Source of the DNA: Octopus vulgaris
Lineage: Eukaryota
Assembly (NCBI GenBank): GCA_951406725.2
Contig: OX597828.1
Coordinates: 56,048,001-56,112,000, forward strand
Length of the DNA stretch: 64,000 nt
Direction: 5' to 3'
Position numbers and translations under genes: made by a program
Part shown: in pieces, positions 28,069 to 40,334 of the stretch
How the letters are laid out: each line of letters begins with the position of its first letter
How positions within the stretch are numbered: position 1 is the first letter of the stretch
The notes under the pieces: model-generated
What the model saw: only the letters and a program-made list of their open reading frames with translations
Databases searched by the model: none
What the model was told of the DNA's origin: nothing

Positions 28069-28225
28069 CATTCAGGAAATTCTACTAACGCCAATGGAAC
28101 GTATTGAAGAATACGTGTATTTACTGACCGCTTTGCTGACGCATACAGCTATGGACCACTCAGACAGACCAGACCTATTCAAAGCAATTGGCTCTTTTAA
28201 AGAAGTGAATTCTTTCATTCAACAG
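28069..28225 (+). CDS. ECT2L: Internal exon of DH-domain Rho GEF gene (ECT2L-like), DH conserved region 3
   Basis: ttttaattttcAG|c acceptor and cag|GTATGG donor. Joins the previous exon in frame (ac|c=Thr) to give TIQEILLTPMERIEEYVYLLTALLTHTAMDHSDRPDLFKAIGSFKEVNSFIQQ, matching the DH motif LL.P.QRi..Y.LLL..L...T...H.D...L..A. Not in the ORF track. Confidence 0.9.
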
Positions 28226-28399
28226 GTATGGTGCCTTCACATTTGAACCTTACAATACTTTGACAATTTCTTGAATTTCATGAGAATACATTGAATATAT
28301 ATCATGTATCCTTTACATGATATACAGTATTTTTGCTGCATATTGTTTGATAATGACTCTTACCAGTTAGTTAAGTGTGGGAATATGAATTTACATATA

Positions 28400-28616
28400 C
28401 AAGGTTGGACAAAAGTCACCTGACAGTAAATCAAAACCCATCTAATTCCAAGATTAGAACCAAAAAAAAATATATGAAACTTTGCTAATAAATAGACAGG
28501 TGATTTTAACTCACAGCATTCAATTATCAAACTTTCATTGGAATGAATAAATAAAATTGAATATTAAGTATTCGTAGAATTCTGATTTACCGTCCAGTAA
28601 CCTTTAGTCAACACTG
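28400..28616. mobile_element. Tc1/mariner-type MITE
   Basis: TA|caaggttggacaaaagtcacctgacagtaaatca ... tgatttaccgtccagtaacctttagtcaacactg|TA, imperfect TIRs. Confidence 0.65.
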
Positions 28617-28835
28617 TATATCAATTTTCTGTTTTAAAGCCCCCTTTTACAGCTTTATGTATTTTCTAAAAGGTTAATTTTCTTTTTATGCTAGCCACTG
28701 TAGAGTTCACTCCTCTACGTAGTGGCAATTTTATCATTACTTCGGATTCCCAATCAGGTAATAATAAAACTGAAACGTGTGTTCGTAATCATGCTGTATT
28801 GGCCAACATAGCTCGAACAATATTAGTCATCGCCT

Positions 28836-29272
28836 AAGGTGGCAAGCTGGCAGAAACGTTAGCACCCCGGGTGAAATTCTTAGCAGTATTTCGTCTGCCA
28901 TTACGTTCTGAGTTCAAATTCCACCGAGGTCGACTTTGCCTTTCATCCTTTCGGTGTCGATAAATTAAGTACCAGTTACGCACTGGGGTCGATATAATCG
29001 ACTTAATCCGTTTGTCTGTCCTTGTTCGTCCCTTCTGTGTTTACCCCTTGTGAGCAATAAAGAAATAAGAATCTTAGCACGTCAGGCGAAATGCTTAGCG
29101 ATATTTCGTCTGTCTTTACGATCTGAATTCAATTTTCGCCGAAGTCGACTTTGCTTTTCATCCTTTCAGGGGTCGATAAATTAAGTACCACTTGCGTACT
29201 AGGGTAGAGCGAATCGACTGGCCCCCACTCTCCGAAAATTTCAGGCCTTGTGCCTAGAGTAAAAAGGAATAA
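28836..29272 (+). mobile_element. Two tandem/nested SINEs, family 2
   Basis: The core gtcgactttgcctttcatcctttcgg.gtcgataaattaagtaccag occurs twice with two alternative 3' tails. Confidence 0.88.
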
Positions 29273-29649
29273 TAGTCATTGCCTAATATTTAATTTTTCA
29301 CACAGCATAATTATTTCTATCTAGTGTTTTAGACCTAAGTACATTAAATATGCTAAAGTTAACTCATACTAAACTAGTTTTTAATATAGTAATCAATGGG
29401 GACTATACAGAGGAATGACAATAGAATGTGGTTATGATTCAGATGCATATTCATTCATGTATATACAGACGTAAACAGACATGCTGTAGGCGCAATGATT
29501 TTAGCTAGCAGGCAGTATATGAATTCAAGTATTACGGCTTGGTCTAATAGTGCCTAATATAGTTGTCCATGATGCATCTCTTGTTATACGACCTTCGTGA
29601 TATAGAACTTATGATACGGTATTTGTGAATTGATTTCTGCGGGAGTTGA

Positions 29650-30202
29650 AAGGCGCGGAGAGGTTAGTATGCCGGGCGAAATTCTTATGGGTATTTCGGC
29701 TGCCGTTACGTTCTGAGTTCAAATTCTGCCGAGTTCGACTTTGCCTTTCATCCTTTCGGGGTCGATTAAATAAGTACCAGTTACGTACTGGGTCGATATA
29801 ATCGACTTAATCCGTTTGTCTGTCCTCGCTTGTTTGTCCTCTCTGTGTTTAGCCCCTTGTGGGTAGTAAAGAAATAAGAAATAGGTATTTCTTTGTGTTT
29901 TGAATTCAAATTCCACCGAGGTCGTATTTGGCTTTCATCCTTTCGGGGTCGATAAATTAAGTACCAGTTACGTAGTGGAGTTGATCTAATCGACTGGCCT
30001 CCTCCCCCAAAATTTCGGCCCTTGTACCTAGGTAGAAAAGAATATTAATTTTCGCTATTTTCTGAGTTCAAATCCCGCCGACGTCGACTTTGCCTCTCAT
30101 TCTTTCGGGGTCGATAAATTAAGTACCAGTGAAACACTGGAGTCGATGTAATAGACTAGTACCCTCCCAACAAATTTGAGGCCTTGTGCCTCCAGTAGAA
30201 AG
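29650..30202 (+). mobile_element. Cluster of three head-to-tail family 2 SINEs
   Basis: Core repeated at ~29735, ~29920 and ~30085. Confidence 0.88.
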
Positions 30203-31108
30203 GGTTTCTGCGGGCGCTGAAGTGTTACCAAAAAGTTGATGCTTATGGAGATTTTGCTTTAGATAAGGCATCTTCATATTTGAAAATATAATAGTATGAA
30301 TTTTTGGGGAAGATATGTAATGTGCAATGTTGTCGTATGACTGATGTGCATTAAATTTTCATTGCGAACTGTTACAGGTTTTTCTTTATGGATAGAAGGT
30401 GGACGAAGAGGAAGTATTTCTTGATATTTGTAAATAAAGTAGGGCACTGGTGTGAAAGAATATTCATGTTATTAGTGTTTTCTGAGAAATGTGAAAAGGT
30501 CACTTTATAATTGCTGTCCTTTTGCAAAATTTAGAAAGAGTCACATTTATTAAGGCGGTGACCTAACAACATCGTTAGAGCATCGGAGAAAAAAAGAATA
30601 GCAGCATTTATTGCAGTTGTTTACATTCTCGTTTCAAATATCCCCCCGGGGTACATAAAATTACGAAGCAGTCAAATACTGATGTCTATGTAATGAACTC
30701 AATCCCTCCTCTTAAAAAAACTGTTGGCTTTGCACAAAAATTAGATAGGATTAAACGTTATTTATTACATTACCAAGTTTAACGAATCTACATAGGAATA
30801 TTGAATCGAAAATAATGAAAAATAATATACACTGAAGCATTATTAGCTGTCAAAAAGTTAAATGTTTAGCATAGAAAAAGATTTTATCTTCAGCTACTGA
30901 TGTTTGATAAAAGAAAAAAAAAAAAAGGTTCCATTTGTTTACGCAACTAATGGTCATTAGTGAAAACAATATCACATTTTTCCCCATAAAATATAAGTCT
31001 GTCAAAAGCAAACTTCAAGCAATTAACCCGGTTCATAGATATATACTTTTATATCGAGAACCACCTTTAGGCTATTCAATAACAAAAACAAACGACAAAG
31101 GTTACTGT

Positions 31109-31178
<70 letters not shown>

Positions 31179-31192
31179 ATATATATACACAC

Positions 31193-31230
<38 letters not shown>

Positions 31231-31299
31231 ATACACATATATATATATACATACATATATATATATACATACATATATATATATACACACATATATATA

Positions 31300-31683
31300 C
31301 TAGCAGTATCGCCCGGCGTTGCTCGGGTTTGTAAGGGAAATAACTATAAAGCATTTTTAGAGAGTTATAGCCAAAAAATAGCAAAAAAATGGAAAAAAAT
31401 GATGGTAAATTTTTTTTTAGAGTAAAAGAGGTCGAGTTGCGTCCCCTAGACAGTCTGTGGTTTGTGTTTCTGATTCTCGACCCCATGTCGAATTTATCGA
31501 TTTTTTCAGAACTGGGGGAACTTTTCAAAATTTTCGCTGCGTCAGTTTTGAATTATGACATTGGGCTATGTGTGTGTCAAGTTTCATCAGAATCGGTTGA
31601 AAGCCGTGGTCAGGGTGAGGGTACAACCTAACAGACACACAGACACACACACACAGACAAACTGCCGTTTATATAGAGAGAGA
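31300..31683 (-). mobile_element. Non-autonomous Helitron
   Basis: Minus strand starts a|TCtctctctatataaacggcag and ends with hairpin cccgagcaacgccggg, then gatactgCTAG|t; inserted between A and T within (TA)n. Confidence 0.85.
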
Positions 31684-31694
31684 TATATACATAC

Positions 31695-31725
<31 letters not shown>

Positions 31726-32700
31726 CACATATATATATATATACACACACACATATATATATATATACATATATATACAAGTATATATATGTATATGCAT
31801 ATATATATATACATATATACACTATGTTTTATGTATTGTTTACTGTTTCGTTATAGGTAGGATCAACAAAATAGAAAGTACTCCATCCTGTGAAAGATAT
31901 ATATCATTGAATGTACGCAGTATTAACATAAGAGATACTAATAGTTACATGCCATGCAGACACGGCATAAACGTTTGAAAGACATTTAAATCTTTCCTCA
32001 ACCCTCTCTGTCTGTCTTTCCCAACTCTCTCTCTCTCTCCGAATTCAAATTCAGTCCGTGTAACTAGAATAAAGACATCATAAAATTAAAGTGCACTTCC
32101 AAAAAACATATCCTAAATTTTATTTCTATCTGCGGAATAAACCACTTCATCATTTTCCTTTACCGTATCACAAATCCCACTGAGAGTTTTTTGCTAAAAT
32201 ATTATTAATGTTATATATTAATGTCATATATATATATATATATGCATTTTAGTCAACTAGAAAAGTCAGTTCAATTAGAGCACCATCTAAATGGTAGGCA
32301 TGACTGTGTGGTAAGAAGTTTGCTTCTCAACCATGTTGTCTTGGGTTCGGTCCCACTGCGTGACAATTTGTATATATGACTTCCGCTATAGACCCGGGCC
32401 GATTAAATATTCGAAGGTGGATTTAGCAGACGGAAACAGAGAGAAACATGTCTGTGTGCGTCATAGACAAGCGAGCCAACTCACGCCGAGTCCCATCAGC
32501 AGAAATGGATATCGATCTTTTAACACGTATCGATCTTTACAGCGTGGTAAAATACATAAATTCAAAGTTTAGATATCTTACCCCACCCCCGATGCTTTTG
32601 AAGGGCCATCTCCACCATGTCAAATCGCAGCCTACCGTGAACAAGCAAAGTACATATATTGTGGTGTATGTGTTTATCTATCTCTCTCTCTATATATATA

Positions 32701-32924
32701 TAAGTAGGTTAATGAATTATTCTAGTATGGACAATTCGGTTAACCGATACCCGGGTAGCAAATTCACGTCAGAAAACACGGTTGAAGCTACATGCTTTCG
32801 TGTGGAAATTTGTGTGTTTTTTTTAACCATAAATAAGTGAAAGAATGGAGTCGAACGACGATTTTAACAAAATTCCGAGAATAAAAGAATTTTGTAAAAA
32901 TCGTCGTTCGACTCCATTCTTTCA

Positions 32925-32926
<2 letters not shown>
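32701..32926. mobile_element. Fold-back element of the 12706 family lacking the hammerhead core
   Basis: Arms agtgaaagaatggagtcgaacgacgattttaacaaaattc / gaattttgtaaaaatcgtcgttcgactccattctttcact; spacer reduced to cgagaataaaa. Confidence 0.85.
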
Positions 32927-32972
<46 letters not shown>

Positions 32973-34331
32973 GTGTGTGTGTGTGTGTATGTGTGTGTGT
33001 GTGTGCGTTTGCGTGTGTGTGTGTGTGTGTGTGTGCGTTTGCGTGTGTGTATGTGTGTGTGCGCGCGCATTTGTGTGACTGAATGTATGTATGTATATAT
33101 TTCGGATCTGAAGTTCAGCGGCAGTCATAGACTTGTTTAGGAATTTATAGTAGAAAAGTAGAACCAGATTTAATTTATCTTTTATTGTAAGCTTTTATTC
33201 GTCGATATCGAGAAGTTGCGATTGTGTTCGCAAAAATATATGACAATATTGACCAGACAGAGCTAAATTGTGTTGTGCGTATAAGAGCTCAGCATAGGAA
33301 AACAAATTGTTAGAGATTACTGGTTCGCTGTATCGATGGTATTCTATGACAGTCCTGGCGTCAATTCTGTTCTGGTGCATATTTACCATCTTCGTCTCCT
33401 CTCGGTAAAACGTTTAGAAAATAATGGTTCTTTCTTTGGTTTTCACCGTCGCGTCAGTGGGAGGCGATATTTTAACATCACCCTCCGCTTCCGACAATCT
33501 TTTGAACATCCCCTGGGATGGATCTGCAAATTTTCAGTTCGTACAGAAGCGACTACTGCGAAGCCTTTGGTAACTTTTTGTGTGGGGTGGTAGCCTCCAA
33601 AGCATTACTCTCTTTCAGAGAAAATTTTTCTCTAATCATCTCCACAAACATTTCAGTTGAGATAACTATCAAGAAACACACAGAAACACACATTATCAAT
33701 TTTTCCTTTTACAACCAATAGAGGTTCAAATCCCACCCCTGAAAACAGTTTTTTTTTTCAAAAGAAAAATGAAAGTTTTCCTTTTTTATAATTCAAAAAT
33801 TAATTTCTCACAAGAGGAACAACGGCTCAAATCTCACCCACCCCCCGTTCGGAGGCGGGGCGCAGCACAACAATCCCTTCAAAGGCCAAACAATTAAAAT
33901 GTACTCCGTAAAAATCCAGTGAATCCACTGAATAAAAGCCAAATGGTCCCAGAAATTTTCTATTCCCCAGTATACCTGGAAATAATATACAGTTCAACAA
34001 AACCTGCAAACAGGCAGCAGTTCAACAATAACAGTCTTAAACATTAATTCGAAACAAATAACAGAACTTCAATAGGAAAAATGGTGACTTACAGCGTACA
34101 GAAATACACGACAGAAAGAAAAAACATGAACGACGTCGTTAGACCGGAAGCAAACTTCTTATCACACAGTCATGCCGACCATTATGATGGCGTCGTAAGT
34201 GAAGAGAATTTTCTAGTTGTCTGAATTGCTTGTATTTATGATATTAATATATAACAGTAATGATATTTTAACAGAAACTTCCCCGTGAAATTTGTTATAC
34301 AACGAAAGAATATGAATCGGTTTACACAAAG

Positions 34332-34566
34332 AAGGCGGCGAGCTGGCAGAAACGTTAGCACGCCGGGCGAAATGCGTAGCCGTATTTCGTCTGTCGTTAC
34401 GCTGTGAGTTCAAATTCCACCGAGGTCGACTTTGCCTTTCATACTTTCGGGGTCGATAAATTAAGTACCAGTTACGCACTGGGGTCGATGGAATCGACTT
34501 AATACCTATGTCTGTCCTTGTTTGTCCCATCTTTGGTTAGCCCCTTGTGGGTAATATAGAAATAGG
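34332..34566 (+). mobile_element. SINE, family 2, well preserved
   Basis: aaggcggcgagctggcagaaacgttagcacgccgggcgaaatgc...gagttcaaattcc...agccccttgtgggtaatatagaaatagg. Confidence 0.9.
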
Positions 34567-35392
34567 TTTACACCGTAGGTCGAAATGAAGTCTCGGATAT
34601 GGTTATCTGACACTGCACTTTAATTTTATGAAGTCTTTACTTTATTTACAGAGGTCGATTTTGAATTCGTAAGAGAGTGAGAGAGAGGTTGGGAGGAAAA
34701 GCAGTAGACGAAGAAGGAGAAGATGAAAAAGAAGATAAGAGAGAGGGGGAAACAAACAGAGGGATTGAGAAATATTTACATATTTTAACGTTTACTTCAT
34801 TGCAGACTAATATTTATAGCGCCTGCAGGAAAACAGAATAAATCTCCTTTACTTTAACTAAAGATAATTTGTGCAAAACAGTTCCATTCATTATATATAA
34901 TAGTGTTGCTAGTTCATTAAATACCGGTTAACTACTGTGTGATAAAGAGATGGTTTCCGGGTTCTTGAATGCTTTACAACAATAATTACTCGGCCGAATT
35001 ACTTCTAGACTCTTGAAGGTGAAAATATAAAATTCAACTCTCTGAATTTTGAAGTTAAATCTGAAGGTAGACGATCGTTAATAAAAACTGCAGGCGTTTT
35101 GTTTGATGTGTAATGTCTGTACTTATTTGATCTCAATCGCTTCTGAATTCACTTTCTGAAAAGGCATAAAGAAAAGCAGTTATGTAGATTTCCCGCAAAC
35201 AATGCTGACAAAATATAATACGAAGTTATTTAAATTCTCCATACAACATATAATATTAGTTCTTCTAGTATATCTCGCGTATTGTTTTGTATATCTAACT
35301 ACAAAACAATTCTAAGTATCCATGTGCTTCAATGAAAGTATTTCTATAAAATAATGCAGCTGTATATATTTTATCCCAACACTGGCTCTAAC

Positions 35393-35423
<31 letters not shown>

Positions 35424-35426
35424 ATA

Positions 35427-35477
<51 letters not shown>

Positions 35478-35715
35478 TGTATATATATATAAATCAATAT
35501 ATTTATATATATATATAATTATTACATTATATAATTAGGGCTTAGTAAAATAAATTACTTTGCCACATACTGAACTTAGTAGAAATAGCAGCCCCAAAAA
35601 ATTTTTTTAGCCATTTCTACTACTTAAAGAAAATTTCTCTCAGATAATGTTTACTCCAGACAGCTCACGAAGGTTTGGAGGTAAATACAGAAAAATATCA
35701 CAAGTACATAGATCG

Positions 35716-35778
35716 TTTGAGTACGTCAACGTTTCAAGATTAGCCAAATAGAATCAGCATTTCTTTCGTCAGCTCAAA
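35716..35778 (-). ncRNA. Type I hammerhead ribozyme motif
   Basis: Reverse complement of the 36171-36233 motif. Confidence 0.85.
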
Positions 35779-36170
35779 ATTTCTTAATTTGGATTTGGAA
35801 ACACTAAAAGAAGGAACTTTACCTATCAGCGAACTTGTCGCTTCAGATGAACCACTCCAACTAACAATGTCAACAAATTCAAAATGCGCAGGCGTAAATT
35901 TCTGCACTCCCCTTCCACCCACGTGGTCTATCTAGCAAACATTATATTTTAACCGCGAGAACCGAGGCAGTATGACAGAGAGAAATGAATTATAATATCA
36001 ACAATTGAGGGTAAAATTAATTAATTAATCAATTTCACCAAGTGTTCAGTATGTATAAGGACCATTTAAGGCGAATTCAAAATATTACATCAGTGGTTCA
36101 TCTGAAGCGACAAGTTCGCTGATAGGTAAAGTTCCTTCTTTTTAGTGTTTCCAAATCCAAATTAAGAAAT

Positions 36171-36233
36171 TTTGAGCTGACGAAAGAAATGCTGATTTTA
36201 TTTGGCTAATCTTGAAACGTTGACGTACTCAAA
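36171..36233 (+). ncRNA. Type I hammerhead ribozyme motif
   Basis: tttgag-CTGACGA-aaga...tctt-GAA-acg ttga cgt-A-ctcaaa; predicted GUA cleavage after 36227. Confidence 0.87.
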
Positions 36234-36734
36234 CGATCTATGTACTTGTGATATTTTTCTGTATTTACCTCCAAACCTTCGTGAGCTCTCTGGAGTAAAC
36301 ATTATCTGAGAGAAATTTTCTTTAAGTAGTAGAAATGGCTAAAAAAATTTTTTTTTGGCTGCTATTTCTACTAAGTTCAGTATGTGGCAAAGTAATTTTT
36401 TTACTAAGCCCTAATTACATAATGTAATATTTTGAATTCGCCTTAAATGGTCCTTTTACATACTGAACACTTGGTGAAATTGATTAATTAATTAATTTTA
36501 CCCTCAATTGTTGATATTATAATTCATTTCTCTCTGTCATACTGCCTCGGTTCTCGCGGTTAAAATATAATGTTTGCTAGATAGACCACGTGGGTGGAAG
36601 GGGAGTGCAGAAATTTACGCCTGCGCATTTTGAATTTGTTGACACTGTTAGTTGGAGTGGTTCATCTGAAGCGACAAGTTCGCTGATAGGTAAAGTTTCT
36701 TCTTTTTAGTGTTTCCAAATCCAAATTAAGAAAT

Positions 36735-36797
36735 TTTGAGCTGACGAAAGAAATGCTGATTTTATTTGGCTAATCTTGAAACGTTGACGTACTCAAA
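36735..36797 (+). ncRNA. Type I hammerhead ribozyme motif (second tandem copy)
   Basis: Identical to 36171-36233, 564 nt downstream; predicted cleavage after 36791. Confidence 0.87.
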
Positions 36798-37075
36798 CGA
36801 TCTATGTACTTGTGATAGTTTTCTGTATTTACCTCCAAACCTTCGTGAGCTGTCTGGAGTAAACATTATCTGAGAGAAATTTTCTTTAAGTAGTAGAAAT
36901 GGCTAAAAAAATTTTTTTTGGCTGCTATTTCTATTAAGTTCAGTATGTGGCAAAGTAATTTATTTTACTAAGCCCTAATTATATAATGTAATATTTTGAA
37001 TTCGCCTTAAATGGTCCTTTTACATACTGAACACTTGGTGAAATTGATTAATTAATTAATTTTACCCTCAATTGT

Positions 37076-37116
<41 letters not shown>

Positions 37117-37156
37117 TGTATATATAAATCAATAATATATATATATATATATATAT

Positions 37157-37199
<43 letters not shown>

Positions 37200-37299
37200 T
37201 ATTTATATACTTTGATACTTTGATACTTTGATAGGTTTCGGCCATTATTGGCCCAGGCCATGTCTAACTTAATAGCACCACCTGGTGAAGTCTTTCAAG

Positions 37300-40200
37300 T
37301 CAGAATTTGGGCACTATGGCCCACTCAAGTAGAGAGTTATTGTTTACAGAGACATATCCAGGTGTAGGGGGTTTATCCGGGATTTCTTGAAGGAATCTGT
37401 CCAAAGACTTCTTGAACCCTATAGGGTCAGTTTCTGTTTTAATGTGTTTTGGTGTAATGTTAAAGAGAGCGGGGCCAATTGAGGTGAAATAATTGTGCCG
37501 TATTGTTGTTATGAGATGAGAGTGCGATTTTTGTTTTGGGCGGATGGCACGGGGCCCAAGCCTTGGATGTACCTTAAAGGTGATGCCAACATCATTTGGG
37601 CAATGCTGATGGAATATTTTCCACATCATGCAGATGATGTAGCGCTCACGACGACGTTGGAGAGAATAGAGTTTTAGCTTTTCTAGCCGATCCCAATAGT
37701 CGAGGCCTGTCATGCCATCTATCTTTTTTGTGATTGCCCTTTGAGGTGCTTCAACTTTTATGATACCTTGTATTGTGTGGGGAGACCACAGTGGACAACA
37801 GTATTCAAGGTGGGGTCGGGCAAAAGTGGAGAAGAGAAGGATAATGGTGTGGATATCTCTCGACTGGAAAGTTCTGAGAATCCAGGAACACATTCTGCGG
37901 GCCATGTCAACTTTGGTGTTTATATGAGTGGCCCAGCTTACGTTGTTGTCCACAATTACTCCCAAGTCTCTGATGTTGTTGGACGCCGCGAGAGTTTCAC
38001 CTGAAGGAAGGGAGTATGGGAGTTTCAGGGCATCCTCTTTTCCAAAGTGGATTAGCTCAAATTTATCCTCGTTCAGCAGCATATTGTTTTTTTCTGCCCA
38101 TTGGATAATAGCCAGTAGATCTGACTGAAGGCATGTCCGGTCACTCGCCTCATTTATGACCTTCTGTAGCTTGGAGTCATCTGCAAAGATTTTTATGTTG
38201 CTGTGCTTGATGATGTCATTAATGTCATTGATGTAAATGATGAAAAGAAGTGGGCCCAGCACAGTGCCTTGCGGAACGCCACTACTGACTTTGGCTGGGC
38301 TGGATTTTACCCCTTCAACTACAACATGTTGAGATCTGTCTGTCAGGAAACACTTAATCCATTTCAGTAACTTTCCAGAGACACCAATGTTGGATAGTTT
38401 TTTCAATAGGATCTTGTGATCGACCCTGTCGAAGGCCTTACTGAAATCAAAGTAGATGACATCGGTGTTGGAGCCCTCTCCCAAAGCTCTCAAAATGTCC
38501 TCAAAGTGATGCAGGAGCTGCGTTAGGCAGTCCCTTCCATTACGGAACCCATGTTGGTTGGAGATCAGCCGTCTGTTGCTTTCCAGAAATTGGGTTATTC
38601 GAGATCTCACCACCCTCTCAAATACCTTGATGATATGAGAGGTGAGTGAGATCGGACGGTAATTCACTGCAAGGGACTTGTTTCCCTTTTTGAAAACTGG
38701 GACAACAGACTGGGACAGAAGGTTTTTTGGAATATAGCCAGCATCCAGTGAGTTTCTCCACAGATTAGCAAGGGGAGATGCAAGTTGGTGTCGACACACC
38801 TTCAGGACACAAGCAGGGAACCTATCGGGGTCTACTGCTGAATTGTGTTTTATTTCGTTTATCGCCGCTAAGACATCAGGGGCACTAAACGTTATGTCCG
38901 ATATAGTGTGTTGGGGGTTGACATCACTGATACAGCCCAGATCGGCCATATCAGGATTGCTGAAAACAGAGCAGTATTATTTCTGCAGTATCTCGGCCAT
39001 GGATTTGGCATTATCTTGGAGAGTGCCAGCTTCGTCAATTAGAGGGCCTACAGTGGAGACAGTGACCCTGCGTTTCCTCGCAAATGAAAAGAACACTTTG
39101 GGGTTGAGTTTGATTTTTTCAATGGCCCACTTCTCCTCAGCTGATCTTTGGTTATTGATGAGGGTCTTCATGCATTGTTGGAGGTTATATTTTTTGGATT
39201 CAAGCAGTGCGATAGCCGTCGAATGTGTGTGTTGCTGTTGGCAGTACTTTAGTTTGTTAATTTTTTTGTTTGTTCTTTTTATTTTTCTGATAATGGTTTT
39301 TCTGTTTTGGGGGATTCTGCACTTTTTGTTCACAGGTCTTGGTGGGGAGTGTTTTGCACATATGTCTGTGACGGTGTCTACAAAGATCTGCCAAGATGTT
39401 TTATGGTTGGTGGAGATGTGTGTATGTGTAAAGGACCAGTCAACATTTGATAGCTCGTTCCTGATTGCATCCCAGTTGGCTTTATGGAGATCCATGTTGT
39501 CAAATGGGTGGGCTGGAGGAAGGTCACTAGGATTAGCTTTCGGCTAGTGGAATTTCATGTTACAGAGAACCATGTCATGGTCTGAAAGAAGGGTTTTTCC
39601 ACTGTAACGTTATGTATAGTGTTAGTGTGGTTACTAAACACTAGGTCCAAAATGTTCTGATGTCTTGTTGGTGCAAGGACAAGTTGGGACAAGAAAAACT
39701 CATTCGTAAAGTCGAAAAGTGACTCTGCTGCTTCTTTGTCAGCGGTTGAGGCGGGAGTGCTTGGTTTCAAACAGTTTGTAGTCCAGTCAACACAGGGTAG
39801 ATTGAAGTCTCCCATCATGAGTATGTTGCTAGAATGGCACTGTTGAATAAAGCACTTAATGCTGTTGAGGCATTCTTTAAAGCACAGTATGGGTGTTTGG
39901 GGCGGCCTATAGAGCCCAATTACTGTCAGGTCATTGGCTTTGTTGTGCACGGTGACTGATTCGCAGTAGCCGTTGGAGAATATACTATTTCCATCTGCCG
40001 TAAATGAATCATGCAGGAAAATGGCAGTTCCACCCTTCCTCCTGCCGATACGATCCGCGCGGATGGTTGTGAAATTCTTCACTCTCACTTCGGCTTCCAA
40101 GTGGGAGTTGTCAAGGTGGGTCTCAGTGAGAATGAAGAAAGGGATGTGGTGTAAATGGTTACCAACCCAGTCTTCAATGAATTGGACCTTCCATTTTTGT

Positions 40201-40334
40201 GCATTGATGGAAGGGCTGACACCTTGTGCATTGAGTAGGAATGTGGAGGTTAGTGTAGTGGCTGGTTTTGACTGTTGCAGGGGGCTTGGATTTTTTGTGT
40301 GTGTTAGTGGCAGCAATGTGGGGAATTGGTGCAC
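37300..40334 (-). pseudogene. LINE ORF2 (APE endonuclease + reverse transcriptase), disrupted
   Basis: One-base frameshift in an A-run near 39595 (restoring it gives VEKTLLSDHD), in-frame TAG near 39545 and TAA at 38977; remainder open. Confidence 0.88.

Larger units (their letters stand above)
35519..37079. mobile_element. Retrozyme/Penelope pLTR-like array: one inverted and ~1.75 direct copies of a 564-nt non-coding unit
   Basis: 36093-36656 repeats at 36657-37079; 35519-36090 is a permuted reverse-complement copy; each copy carries a hammerhead; flanked by (TA)n. Confidence 0.88.

Noticed and set aside
33195-34200. Possible 5' part (ORF1) of an L1/Tx1-like LINE on the minus strand
   Set aside because: Coding-like but too degraded, with no diagnostic motif readable by eye.
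35519-37079. CRISPR-like or prokaryotic array
   Set aside because: The units are long and identical with no unique spacers, and the context is eukaryotic intron.
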